Shown: positions 24,299 through 36,959 of the stretch, piece after piece
How the letters are laid out: the number at the start of each line of letters is the position of its first letter
How positions within the stretch are numbered: the stretch's first letter is position 1
From: Glycera tridactyla
Lineage: Eukaryota
Length of the DNA: 64,000 bases
Reading direction: 5' to 3'
Assembly (NCBI GenBank): GCA_965644265.1
Contig: OZ286473.1
Span: 53,940,001 to 54,004,000 of the forward strand
Position numbers and translations under genes: made by a program
The notes under the pieces: model-generated
Database searches by the model: none
What the model was told of the DNA's origin: nothing
What the model saw: only the letters and a program-made list of their open reading frames with translations

Positions 24299-24341
<43 letters not shown>

Positions 24342-24578
24342 TTGCATTTATTCATTCACCCATCCACTCATCCATCCACCGATCAATCCTGATCAATCGA
24401 TCAATCTATCAATTAATTGAACGATCGATCGATCATATTGTGAAAACTAAAAGATACTTGAATCCCATTCTATGCGGTTCCCATGTTTATCTGCAGGAGA
24501 CTTGTTGCTAGAATCTGGGATTTTAGCGACAATCCTTTATTTGGTTGATTGCAACCACTGCCATGGATACAGAAAATA

Positions 24579-24756
24579 CAGTTGAACTTGTCCTAAGCAT
24601 GACTTGTACTAAGCACAAACTTGCCCTAAACAACAGGTATTTCCTCAATCCATCAGAGTATTTTCCACTCTAATTGACCTGTACTAAGCATGAACTTGCT
24701 CTAAGTACACGTTTTTTTTGCTTCCCGAAGCTTCATGCTTAGGACAAGTTTGACTG
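24579..24756. mobile_element. 178-bp Tc1/mariner-type MITE
   Basis: TA|CAGTTGAACTTGTCCTAAGCATGA...TCATGCTTAGGACAAGTTTGACTG|TA: 24-bp TIRs with 2 mismatches and TA duplication. Confidence 0.88.
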
Positions 24757-24914
24757 TAAGGCCAAACCACGGAAACCCCAGTCATGTATGAATATGCATA
24801 TTCCATTTATCTCATCAATAAAAGAATCTTCAATACGTGCTATCGCCTTTCAATATCACTGCAGATTGTGCATCGATGACACGGGCCATCTGTGTCGGTC
24901 GGTCGATCGGTCGT

Positions 24915-25220
24915 CGATCGATCAGTCAGCCAATCAGTCAGTCAGTCAGTCAGTCAGTCAGTCAGTCAGTCAGTCAGTCAGTCAGTCAGTCAGTCAGTCA
25001 GTCAGTCAGGCAGTCAGTCGGTGGGTCGGTGGGTCGGTCGGTTTGTTTGTCAGTCAATCAGTCAATCAGTCAGTCAGACAGACAGTCTTTCTGTGTCGTC
25101 TTCTGTTTGTCTATCTGTTTTCCCTCTGTCTGTCTTTCAGTCAATCAGTCAGTCAGACAGACAGTCTTTCTGTGTCGTCTTCTGTTTGTCTGTCTGTTTT
25201 CCACCTGTCTGTCTTTCAGT
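24915..25220. repeat. (GTCA)n / (GTCT)n microsatellite with an internal ~68-bp duplication
   Basis: Directly visible; 25060-25145 is repeated at 25141-25225. Confidence 0.9.
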
Positions 25221-28063
25221 CAATCATAGGCACCACCTCCTTCTTCGCCTGCCTCTGCCTGCGTGCCAGTCTGTCTGTTTGTCTGTCCTTCAGCCACCTC
25301 TCCCGATCCACTTCTCTACAGTGCTCACACATCCACGAGTCCTAATTCATTGAGTCTGGTGATTGATGCGCGTATAAGGATGCGTTTAGTCGACATGCTC
25401 GGAGGAAATTGGCCTGCCTAAGGTGTGAATAGCTGATGGATGGGATGAACACCAGTCGAGCAGGCCTCACACACTGAGCTATGAGCTTTCAAGAATGCGG
25501 CATCCACTGACAGATTGCCATCCACCAATTCAAATGAGTATAGATGACATCCATTAGACGGTCATGTCTGCAAATCTCCACATTTGATGTATAAGATAAA
25601 TCTGTGTCTTCACTTCACAGAGTAAATATATTGTTTAGAATGGCTCAAGCATCCTATTCTATGGTGAATATGTTTTTTCTTCTCCAATGTTCTGTCTGGA
25701 AGATAACATGTTGGTCGAAAGCCAGAGCCTGAAATATATTGATCATGGGTCGGAGGTTAAACTTTGATAAGGAGCAACCCTCTACCCGTGATTTGAGATT
25801 AGAATCCTTCTCTCGTGTGCTTGCAGGTGTTTGTGAGTATGCAGAAGAGTGGTGCTTCCGAGGCCGGCTTGCTGAGTCTATTATCTTCAGATCCAAGATA
25901 GATGCCCATTCCATGTAGCTTTTTTGGTGGGTATACTATGCCTGTTCGAATGTTTTTAGCTGTCAAATGATCCAAATCCTGGACATCCCGGACATTTTTA
26001 CACCTTTGTTCTAGTCACTCATCCCACGACTAGTTATGTCCTAAAATCTGGACCTTCGACCGAAAAATTGCTGATACTTTATGTGGTATTTCGTACTGAA
26101 TGTGCCGGAAATTACCAGGTCGGTGAGCAAGGAGAAACTTGCCCCCTCTCGGCTGACAGTGGAAACATTCTGGGTAGTTAATGTCATCCCATGGACGTTC
26201 AAACATATAATGCGATATCGATTGGGTAAGGTGTATTGGCTGCAGGCAACGCAGTCGGTGATATTTTATGGAGAATGATTGTTAGCGACATCGATGCAAT
26301 CACAGAATCAGACTACATGGGACTCGTGCATCTCAGAACGGATAGATTCCCCACCTCTGACAGAGTGATAAACAGACGGGCAAAGAAATGTGAGGACCAA
26401 CAAAGAAATAAACAGACAGAATAGCACCAGAGGGATACACAAACTGATGGTCACACACATACACCCAGACGCACAGACAGTGAGAAGCAGACAGACAGAC
26501 TGACAGACTGACAGATAGGCAGACAGACAGACAGACAGACTCACGCACGCATTGGGGACAAAGGGATAGACAGACTGACAGACATATGGACAGACATATT
26601 GACAGACAGACAGGTAGACAGACCGACATATTTGTGAGCACACATCCAGATAAAGAGAAAGGAGTCACCACACGCACGTGGCCTTGTGGAGGATGGATGG
26701 ATGCAACATCTGGCACTTTCTGCCTGCACCCATCATTGAATGTTGTGAGGCATGATATAATGACAATAAATACAGCATACTGCAATGTCGATACATGTGA
26801 TCACAAATCACAGAAGCCCAACATGACGCACACGTACGCGAACATCACCATCTCCTCTCGGAGATCTATTGCGTTTATCTGCTGCTTTGGTAACACGGCC
26901 TGCAGTGGAATGGGCCTCCCCTAGCCAGAAAGCTGTAATGACCCTTTCTTTACGACTGCATTCGGGCCTGAACTCAGGTATTATACCTACATGCGGAGCA
27001 GTGATTTCAGACTACAAAATATAGGTTGCTCTCTCGGTTACCGGAACAATGATTGGTTTGGTGCTGGCCGTAAAGCATTGGAAATGCCAATCTCTAATTG
27101 TAGCTCCTACAATTGGTAACACGGATAAATATATTCATAGGAACGCAGATTACACTGCTACTTGAATGATAATTGTAACAATCAACATATTTACCGATGG
27201 GCAGCATCACTGAAATTCCAATACCGATTTTGACATATTTCACTACCTATGATTATTTTGAGGCCAAACCTCCTTACAGCATGGATTGACACCATCGATG
27301 CTTGTTCTTTTCCTTCACCATATTGAATTTCTTCTGCACAATCAAAGGGTAGACAATATGGAGATCCATCTATATTGTCATCTCATTGTGTTTACTCTGC
27401 CACGAATATAAATGAACAATGAGCTCCCTGGTTGGGAAGTCGAGAATAAGATCGGTTTATCTATTCGCTAATTCAGTCATTTATATATCTATCTTTTTTG
27501 TTCAATTATCCATTTACCCATCTATTCATACATTCATAATTTATCCATTCATTTATTCATTTATTTCTCCATTTATTTTTCAGTAAATAATTTTTTCAGT
27601 CATTCATACATTCATCGATTACTCCAATCATGTTTTATTCATTCATTCATTCATTCACAATACTTTCAACGAGTGCCAAAACCCATGCCAGCCTATAAAG
27701 AGATATGAAATGTTGATCTCATTGCCAAATATCCATTCATGAAAATATAATCATTTTCATCGAAAGGCCCACTCTCCATCAACGTTGTTGTTCATTTCCG
27801 AGGCCGATTAACGGTATTCAATATGTGAGAACTATCTGTCCAGCAGGCTACGGCAGTGGATCCAACAATTTTGGTGTCTGTTCAGCTTCTCTCCCATGTT
27901 TCCTGCCGACAGCTCGACGAGAGCAGGGAATCATGTACATTTTGTCTGTCTGATGCGTCTAGCTCGCTCCTTTATGATGGTCTTGAGTATGGCCTGCATG
28001 CTTGATGGCATATACCGTCCCTGATATTAAGGCTCTCTCACCTGCTGGAGCAACTTAATTGCA

Positions 28064-28285
28064 GTTTGTTTGTTTGTTTGTTTGAGTTCAACGTCACTTA
28101 AACCCGCATGGGTTATATCGGACTGAAAAAACTGAAAATGCTGAAGAAAAGATTCACTGCCTGCTGGGGGCCGTCCCTACTCTTTGCGAAAGACAGCAGT
28201 GGATCTTTAACATGCATAAAGAAAAAGGCTCCTAAATACACGGCCGGCCTTTGATATCCCAGTCGGCATGCACTGGGTTGACTTA
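28064..28285 (-). mobile_element. SINE-like repeat, copy 1, with (AAAC)n tail
   Basis: Shares ATATCGGACTGAAAAAACTGAAAATG..GAAGAA..GGGGGCCGTCCCTACTCTTTGC.AAAGACAGC.GTGG..GATAT.CCAGTCGGCATGCAC with 51999-52202 and, inverted, with 47418-47620. Confidence 0.75.
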
Positions 28286-28500
28286 ATTGCAGGCCTCCCA
28301 GTTCTCAACTCCATTGAGCTGTTCACAATCATGGCCAGGGCTTCAACTCAAATGGGTAACCAGGATGAACAAGGACGAATATTCAATATGGAACTGCTCC
28401 ATGGCACAAACCTATATGATCTGCTTTTTTCACACAGAGAAAGTAAAACCCCGAATATGATCACTACCGCCATGTTCTGACATCACTAATGATATATATA

Positions 28501-31500
28501 ATCTGTACCTCCTACTGAGGAGCTACCGTATGTGTGTAGAGGTAACTGGGTGGATCCTCTGTGATCTGTGCCTACACTGAGGAGGCCCCATATGTGTAGA
28601 GGTAACTGAGTGAATCCTCTGTGATCTGTGCCTACACTGAGGAGGCCCCATATGGGTAGAGGTAGCTGAGTGGATCCTCTGTGATCTGTGCCTACATTGA
28701 GGAGGCCCTATATGTGTAGAGGTAGCTGAGTGGATCCTCTGTGATCTGTGCCTACACTGAGGAGGCCCCATATGTGTGGAGGTAACTGAGCGGATCCTCT
28801 GTGATCTGTGCCTACATTGAGGAGGCCCCATATATGTAGAGGTAGCTGAGTGGATCCTCTGTAATCTGTGCCTACACTGAGGAGGCCCCATATGTGTAGA
28901 GGTAACTGAGTGGATCCTCTGTGATCTGTGCCTACATTGGGGAGGCCCCATATGTGTAGAGGTAGCTGAGTGGATCCTCAGTAATCTGTGCCTACATTGA
29001 GGAGGCCCCATATGTGTAGAGGTAACTGAGCGGATCCTCTGTGATCTGTGCCTACATTGAGGAGGCCCCATATGGGTAGAGGTAACTGAGTGGATCCTCT
29101 GTAATCTGTGCCTACACTGAGGAGGCCCCATATGTGTAGAGGTAACTGAGTGGATCCTCTGTGATCTGTGCCTACATTGGGGAGGCCCCATATGTGTAGA
29201 GGTAGCTGAGTGGATCCTCAGTAATCTGTGCCTACATTGAGGAGGCCCCATATGTGTAGAGGTAACTGAGCGGATCCTCTGTGATCTGTGCCTACATTGA
29301 GGAGGCCCCATATGGGTAGAGGTAACTGAGTGGATCCTCTGTAATCTGTGCCAACATTTGGAGGCCCCATATGTGTAGAGGTAACTGAGTGGATCCTCTG
29401 TGATCTGTGCCTACATTGAGGAGGCCCCATATGTGTGGAGGTAACTGAGTGGATCCTCTGTGATCTGTGCCTACATTGAGGAGGCCCCATATGTGTAGAG
29501 GTAACTGAGTGGATCCTCTGTGATCTGTGCCTACATTGAGGAGGCCCCATATGTGTAGAGGTAACTGAGTGGATCCTCTGTAATCTGTGCCTACACTGAG
29601 GAGGCCCCATATGTGTAGAGGTAGCTGAGTGGATCCTCTGTAATCTGTGCCTACACTGAGGAGGCCCCATATGGGTAGAGGTAGCTGAGTGGATCCTCTG
29701 TAATCTGTGCCTACACTGAGGAGGCCCCATATGGGTAGAGGTAGCTGAGTGGATCCTCTGTGATCTGTGCCTACACTGAGGAGGCCCCATATGTGTAGAG
29801 GTAACTGGGTGGATCCTCTGTAATCTGTGCCTACATTTGGAGGCCCCATATGTGTAAGAGTGACTGAGTGGATCCTCTGTGATCTGTGCCTACATTTGGA
29901 GGCCCCATATGTGTAAGAGTGACTGAGTGGATCCTCTGTAATCTGTGCCTACATTTGGAGGCCCCATATGGGTAGAGGTAACTGAGTGGATCCTCTGTGA
30001 TCTGTGCCTACACTGAGGAGGCCCCATATGGGTAGAGGTAACTGAGTGGATCCTCTGTGATCTGTGCCTACATTTAGAGGCCCCATATGTGTAGAGGTAG
30101 CTGAGTGGATCCTCTGTGATCTGTGCCTACACTGAGGAGGCCCGATATGTGTAGAGGTAACTGAGTGGATCCTCTGTGATCTGTGCCTACACTGAGAAGG
30201 CCCCATATGTGTAGAGGTAGCTGAGTGGATCCTCTGTAATCTGTGCCTACACTGAGGAGGCCCCATATGGGTAGAAGTAACTGAGTGGATCCTCTGTGAT
30301 CTGTGCCTACACTGAGGAGGCCCCATATGGGTAGAAGTAACTGAGTGGATCCTCTGTGATCTGTGCCTACACTGAGGAGGCCCCATATGTGTAGAAGTAA
30401 CTGAGTGGATCCTCTGTAATTTATGCCTACATTGAGGAGGCCCCATATGGGTAGAGGTAACTGAGTGGATCCTCTGTGATCTGTGACTACATTGAGGAGG
30501 CCCTATATGGGTAGAGGTAACTGAGTGGATCCTCTGTGATCTGTGCCTACACTGAGGAGGCCCCATATGTGTAGAGGTAACTGAGTGGATCCTCTGTGAT
30601 CTGTGCCTACACTGAGGAGGCCCCATATGTGTGGAGGTAACTGAGTGGATCCTCTGTAATCTGTGCCTACACTGAGGAGGCCCCATATGGGTAGAGGTAG
30701 CTGAGTGGATCCTCTGTGATCTGTGCCTACATTGAGGAGGCCCCATATGGGTAGAGGTAACTGAGTGGATCCTCTGTAATCTGTGCCTACATTTGGAGGC
30801 CCCATATGTGTAGAGGTAGCTGAGTGGATCCTCTGTAATCTGTGCCTACATTTGGAGGCCCCATATGGGTAGAGGTAACTGAGTGGATCCTCTGTGATCT
30901 GTGCCTACACTGAGGAGGCCCCATATGGGTAGAAGTGACTGAGTGGATCCTCTGTAATCTATGCCTACTTTGAGGAGGCCCCATATGTGTAGAGGTAACT
31001 GAGCGGATCATCTGTAATTTATGCCTACATTGAGGAGGCCCCATATATGTAGAGGTAACTGAGTGGATCCTCGGTGATCTGTGCCTACACTGAGGAGGCC
31101 CCATATATGTAGAGGCAACTGAGTGGATCCTCTGTGATCTGTGCCTACATTGAGGAGGCCCTATATGTGTAGAGGTAACTGAGCGGATCCTCTGTGATCT
31201 GTGCCTACATTGAGGAGGCCCCATATGTGTGGAGGTAACTGAGTGAATCCTCTGTGATCTGTGCCTACACTGAGGAGGCCCCATATGTGTAGAGGTAACT
31301 GAGTGAATCCTCAGTAATCTGTGCCTACATTGAGGAGGCCCCATATGTGTAGAGGTAGCTGAGTGGATCCTCTGTGATCTGTGCCTACACTGAGGAGGCC
31401 CCATATGGGTAGAGGTAACTGAGCGGATCCTCTGTAATCTGTGCCTACATTGAGGAGGCCCCATATGTGTAGAGGTAGCTGAGTGGATCCTCTGTAATCT

Positions 31501-32565
31501 GTGCCTACATTGAGGAGGCCCCATATGTGTAGAGGTAGCTGAGTGGATCCTCTGTGATCTGTGCCTACACTGAGGAGGCCCCATATGGGTAGAGGTAGCT
31601 GAGTGGATCCTCTGTAATCTGTGCCTACACTGAGGAGGCCCCATATGTGTAGAGGTGACTGAGTGAATCTTCTGTAATTTTTGCCTCTTACAGAGGAAGC
31701 ACCAATGTGTGGAGCTAACTGAGTGAATCTTTTGTAATATGTGCCTCTTACTGAGAAGGCACCTATGTGCCGAGGTGACTGAGTGAATCCTCTGTGATCG
31801 GTGCCTCCTATTGAGGAGACACCCATATGTAAAGGTAACCTATTTAATCCTCTGTGATCATTATCTCCTACTGAGGAGGCACCGATGTCTGGAGGTAACT
31901 GAGTGGATCCTCTGTAATCTGTGCCTTTCACTGAGGATGGCCCATATGAGCAGATGTAACTCCTTTTATTGAGGCGGCACCTATGTGTGGAGGTAACTCA
32001 GATAATCCTGTAATCCTGTAATCTTTGACTTTTAATGAGAAGGCCCCATATGTGTAGAGGTAGCTGAGTGGATCCTCTGTAATCTGTGCCTCTTATTGAG
32101 GAGGCACCTATGTGTGGAGATAACTGAGCGAATTCTCTGTAATCTCGGCCTCTTATTGAGGAGGCACCTATGTGTGGAGATAAGTGAGCGAATTCTCTGT
32201 AATCTCGGCCTCTTACTGAGGAGGCACCTATGTGTGGAGATAAGTGAGCGAATTCTCTGTAATCTCGGCCTCTTACTGAGGAGGCACCTATGTGTGGAGA
32301 TAAGTGAGCGAATTCTCTGTAATCTCGGCCTCTTACTGAGGAGGCACCTATGTGTGGAGATAAGTGAGCGAATTCTCTGTAATCTCGGCCTCTTACTGAG
32401 GAGGCACCTATGTGTGGAGATAAGTGAGCGAATTCTCTGTAATCTCGGCCTCTTACTGAGGAGGCACCTATGTGTGGAGATAAGTGAGCGAATTCCCTGT
32501 AATATCGGCCTCTTACTGAGGAGGCATCGATGTGTTGAGGTAACTTAGTGAATCCTCTGTAATCG
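28501..32565. repeat. Minisatellite/satellite array, ~68 copies of a 60-bp unit
   Basis: Consensus GGAGGCCCCATATGTGTAGAGGTAACTGAGTGGATCCTCTGTGATCTGTGCCTACACTGA; a few 59-bp units; no spacers; diverged sub-array at ~32095-32500. Confidence 0.97.
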
Positions 32566-33427
32566 GCCATTCGATTGAACCTATGGATGAGCACTTGTCT
32601 GAATGGGAAATGTTATTCTGAATGCACACCCCATAAGCCCAGGTAACACTTTCAGTCTCTCAGTCATTATCCCAATATTGGCAAACCACAGGAAAGTATT
32701 ATATCCTGGAAAATAACTGATTTCCCAAGGCTCAAGATTCTGAGACTGGGGTCATCCCCCTTTCAAAGAGGTTGGGTGCGTTTCGCTGAGGGCACGTGGT
32801 TAATGATTGGTGGAGGTGTGCTCGACTATCATCATGTTCCTGATTTTCACAGTTTTCTTTTGTCAGAAACAACGGTATCTTAGCGTAATGGACCCCTGGC
32901 CTGACTCAATGATTAGAATGCCCTTCAATCCACGTGACAGCCATTTCGACCACTAGTCCATCGTAGTCGGCGACCAGCCTGCTTCATAACATCCAATAGT
33001 CATTCAACTATCCGTTATCAGTTTCGGCTCTTTCGAAAGCTAGCCAACAATGGGCGTTGCCCTTCCGGATAATTTCCACTGTTGATTACACAATCCTGTG
33101 ATGCACTCGGATGCATCAGATCTTGCACGTGTGGCTCATGGAAGATGATGTGATCAGATCATGACACCGGGGTCAATGATAAGCCATCCCCTTATCTCTC
33201 AGCGCTCACGCAGATGTCCGCGCGCATCCAGGAGCACGCCGTCCCAGGGATTTGTGGCAAGCATCTAAGCCGAAAATAGACATAAAACAGTTGAGTCTGA
33301 AAAACAATGGTTCCAAGTTAGCAATTGTCCGAATCGACACCTCGAGTGTCTGTGATTCCCAAATTTCTCTGCCCCCCTCCCCTTTTGAGGATCCAAGGGG
33401 CCATCCTAGAATGATCCCATCCATGTA

Positions 33428-33605
33428 CAGTCGAACCTTCTCTACAGGTCACCTCTCTATAAAGACCATCTCCCTATGAAGGCCACCCTGAGCTGTGACC
33501 ATGGTAGTATTTTCAACAATGAATGACCTCACTATAAAGACCATCTTCCTATAAAGGCCACATTTTGATGCGACCGAAGGCGTTCTTTCTAGAGAGGTTC
33601 GACTG
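33428..33605. mobile_element. 178-bp Tc1/mariner-type MITE
   Basis: TA|CAGTCGAACCTTCTCTA...TAGAGAGGTTCGACTG|TA; internal CTATAAAGACCATCT subrepeats. Confidence 0.85.
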
Positions 33606-35817
33606 TATATTGCACGAGCATTTCGAAATAGCTCACAAGACGTCAAAAAGCTAACCTGTCACGGGGAAATATCTAATACAGCAACACCGACAACAAGCTC
33701 TGACGGAAGAATCAAAATGTAACAAATTCTCTCAGCTGAACATTCATTCGAACCAATATGGCCTTATGCACAACCTGGTTCTCCCTTGCCGATGATCAAC
33801 CATTCGGTGGATGTAGTAGTCGAAATATTGGCGAGAATATCGTATGTGGGCGCATCTGATAAGTGTAGGTGTACGTTGAGTTCAGCCACTTCCAAGACTA
33901 GCGTCTCTGTGACTTGAACTATAACTCAGTGGCTAACACCCGAGGATCATAATCACTGCTTATATCATATGACATAACCGACCTGACCAAATTGCTTATT
34001 TGACGTACTAGTACGATACCCGTTTCTGATTTACGTCCGTTGAAGTAGAAGATTTACCATCTTTTGGCCAAATATATACAAAATCGTAATGCTGGTTTGA
34101 TGTTTCAAAGTTGATAATTGAGCACATTGCTTAGGTGTCCTCAAAGTCCTATGCATTTGAAGGACCACTGTAGTATTGATTTAAAGGGGAGCATTGTTAC
34201 CAGGCTTGATTATGTGCTTTCAGACGGTCACATACTGACTTTCAATATGTTCATTCAGCTTTATTTGGGAAACATAAGTGCGTGACTAAACTGACAGTCT
34301 CTTCCACTCGACCATCACCATTGTGTTCTGGGTTAGTGGGAGTGGTGCCTATCGGAGACAGATCATGAATTTGAAATCTTTACCTAAACTCGCAAGAGGG
34401 TTGAGAATAATAAATTTTCCCTATTTGATTGATCAGGAAGACTAGAAATCTGTAATATTTTCGTTACTTGAAGATATTTTCTGGCAGTGGGTAGGGTGTA
34501 TAGGCATAGCGATATGAGTCGGGTATTGTAAGAGCCAGTCGTAAGCTTCAATTTTGATGGTGAAGATATAGAGTGTTCGATTCCCGTTGCATGCATTATC
34601 CAGTCCCCGATATATTTTACGTACAGATCTTTATTCACGCTCTTTCAGAATTTATTGTGTCTATAAATGAAGAGCAGAAACTGCACAGACACGTATAGAA
34701 AGTCATCACATCAAATCAGACCTTGTGTCTCATTGTGGGGGATATTAGAATCTACATAATCATCGTCAGCAAGATTGCAATCCTCATCGTCCTTATTTTT
34801 GTCATACTCTTCCCCATTATTGTTGCCCTCAACTCTGAAACCAATCTTCTTCTCGACATCAGTCTCTCTCTCTTTTTCGTTGAGAGGCCATCGTCACCAT
34901 TTTGATCGCCGTCTTTTACGCGCTCCGGATTCCATCCTCGCCCTCGTCCTCCTCCTCATTAAATCTAGGATAATAGTCATTCATGACTTCAGTCCGTAAT
35001 CCTGTGTCCTATAGACTGGCGAATGGGGCCAATGACTCTTAGGATCATTCTTCGCCAGTGATTATGAGAATGGGCGGTTATGTGCATAGGGCGGGTGCTG
35101 GTAGCTGATATATTTCACCTTGTACTCAAAAATATACTGTACGATGCGACGCGTCTAAATCGAGGCGTGTCTGTCTTTTGTGGGTATTTGTTCTATGTAG
35201 TCCAATTTGACTACCCCCACGTACACAAGTGTGACTTATGTCGTCGAAACTGACATAAAACTTTTTTAATGTCAGTATTTACATATCTGTTATTCAGTTA
35301 TGGTTTCCAATGTTTTACGAGAGAATTTTAGATAATCTCGTCTTTCGATGAATACACTAGGAGCAAAATTCACTGATTATAGAAACGGCGCAGCTTTGCT
35401 GATGTATTGATACAATCTCAATCACTTCGCAGAAACCTGACTAAATACCAAAATGTCCAGGTTTGAAGACGCCTCGCTTTGTGATCGAGGCGGAGACAAG
35501 TACCAAAGTTGCATTGCTTTTGGATAGGACAGACTTGAGCAAGTGAATGCAAAGAGATAACTGTTTGTTTGAACAAAAATTATACGGTGATAGAGGGTCC
35601 AATGGATAACGAGATGGATTGATTGATAATCATCAATTACAACAAACTCATTCAGGCACGTGTTGGTAACATGTGAATGGATAGATGAGAGCCCTGGATG
35701 GCTGTCTTGACAATCTGATAAGCCCCACGTCACTGACCACTGACCAAACACAAGTTATGAGTGGATGGGACAGATAAGGCACCCCTTTGTTTGTGTTAAC
35801 TGTGTCCAGCGTACTCC

Positions 35818-35825
35818 TATATAAA
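35818..35825 (+). promoter_or_regulatory. TATA box of the SOUL-family gene
   Basis: TATATAAA, ~100 bp upstream of a consensus donor AG|GTGAGT (35927). GATAAG and TGTTTGTGTTAAC motifs lie just upstream. Confidence 0.55.
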
Positions 35826-35849
35826 CCTGGCGCTTTTCCCAAGTAACAC

Positions 35850-35926
35850 AATCAACACCCACCTGTGAAGAGCAACCATCACAACTCACAAAAAGTACAT
35901 TTCCTCTCGACGGAACTCCATAATAG
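35850..35926 (+). other. Predicted non-coding exon 1 (5' UTR) of the SOUL-family gene
   Basis: Follows the TATA box and ends at donor GTGAGT. The next acceptor TTTTCAG (36812) lies 6 nt before the ATG. Start position approximate. Confidence 0.5.
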
Positions 35927-36066
35927 GTGAGTGATCAGTTTCGCAGTATTCATAATCATCACATTTTCATTTCGATATGATAAGATCTGAAATCTTACTT
36001 ATGCTCGCCTTGTTTTGTATGATATGGATCTAATTACAGGTCATTTCAAGTCTGTCTAGCTTAATC

Positions 36067-36438
36067 GTGGCGGGTACGTTTTTCGCCCTAGCATCGCCAA
36101 TTCGCTGCGGATTGAAATGGACATATATTGTTGACAACTCTGGCGACTAGAAATGTGATCAAGACGAGTTTCCCTCGTATATTGCACTTCACGCTGGTTG
36201 CGCGACAAGTAAGAGGGCCGTACGTCCACTGTTTCACTTACAAATAATCGCCGATAATGCCGGCGGATTCGCCGAAAACGTCGATGAAGTGATGGCGTAA
36301 TCTTCTTCAAAAGCAAGCAGAATAACCGGAATCAGCTCCGATGATCGTCGCAAGCTCTATGCGATATATTCGTGACGTCAAAACTCGAATCAGATAAACA
36401 AGAAATGGTGAACTTATCGCATGAAAAGTACCCGCCAC
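36067..36438. mobile_element. MITE-like element in SOUL intron 1
   Basis: Inverted repeat GTGGCGGGTACGTTTTC (36067-83) / GAAAAGTACCCGCCAC (36423-38). True ends probably ~30 bp further out. Confidence 0.45.
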
Positions 36439-36818
36439 ATTTGTATCTGACAGAGTTTTGTATTTAAAAAAAGATCTGAACAGCACTTGGGTTGAACTAA
36501 TTGAGTCAGGAAGGTGCGTGAGTTAAAGGATAATTGTGCAGTTTAACTGATCCAACCAGATGAACCTTGGTCGCATGATGCGTTGGCTTCTGTAGAAGGG
36601 CACAGGGAAGAAGAACTTCACGATATGAAGAGAATTGTTACCAGCTTTCTGGTTGAAATCAAATAATGGTGGAGGAGTCAAGTTCAGTCAGCAATTCACA
36701 TCTCAAGTCCAACTGCTGGTAACTATATCCGATCAACAACCATCTTTTCGTCCATATCCATGAATGGGAAATCAATGTGATCTGAACCTCCTGTGTATGA
36801 ATATATTTTCAGAGAATC

Positions 36819-36959
36819 ATGAAGGTAGCGGTTTTATTGGCGATGTTGATGTCTGTGGTGGTGGCCCACAAACAGATCACTCCAGGAACTGCCGTCCACC
36901 AATGTTCAGCTCAAGATCTTGAGTGCCCCGAGTTCAAGAATGTGAAGGTCTATGGCAAG
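36819..36959 (+). CDS. SOUL heme-binding family protein, coding exon 1 (signal peptide)
   Basis: MKVAVLLAMLMSVVVA|HKQ...CSAQDLECPEFKNVKVYGK, then donor GT (phase 0). Confidence 0.88.

Larger units (their letters stand above)
21023..24301 (+). mobile_element. Penelope-like element (Neptune-type), 5'-truncated, flanked by (TA)n
   Basis: RT + GIY-YIG ORF, ~1-kb 3' region containing a hammerhead, (TA)n at 21005-21022 and 24302-24339. Confidence 0.88.

Noticed and set aside
24788-25353. SQSV/SVCL/HPSI/PTYL-type ORFs here and at 13476-13916, 26308-26785, 49394-50309, 54707-55184, 56130-56521
   Set aside because: Translations of tetra- and dinucleotide microsatellites.
28523-31644. Long repeat ORFs (MGPPQCRHRSQRIHS..., GSTQLPLHIWGLL...) as genes
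   Set aside because: They are by-products of a stop-free 60-bp unit, broken by 59-bp units, with no splice or promoter support.
28501-32565. CRISPR array or hammerhead-bearing satellite (each unit contains CTGAGGA)
   Set aside because: Units are contiguous with no unique spacers, the context is eukaryotic, and no cas genes are present. CTGAGGA is not followed by a stem II-GAAA core.
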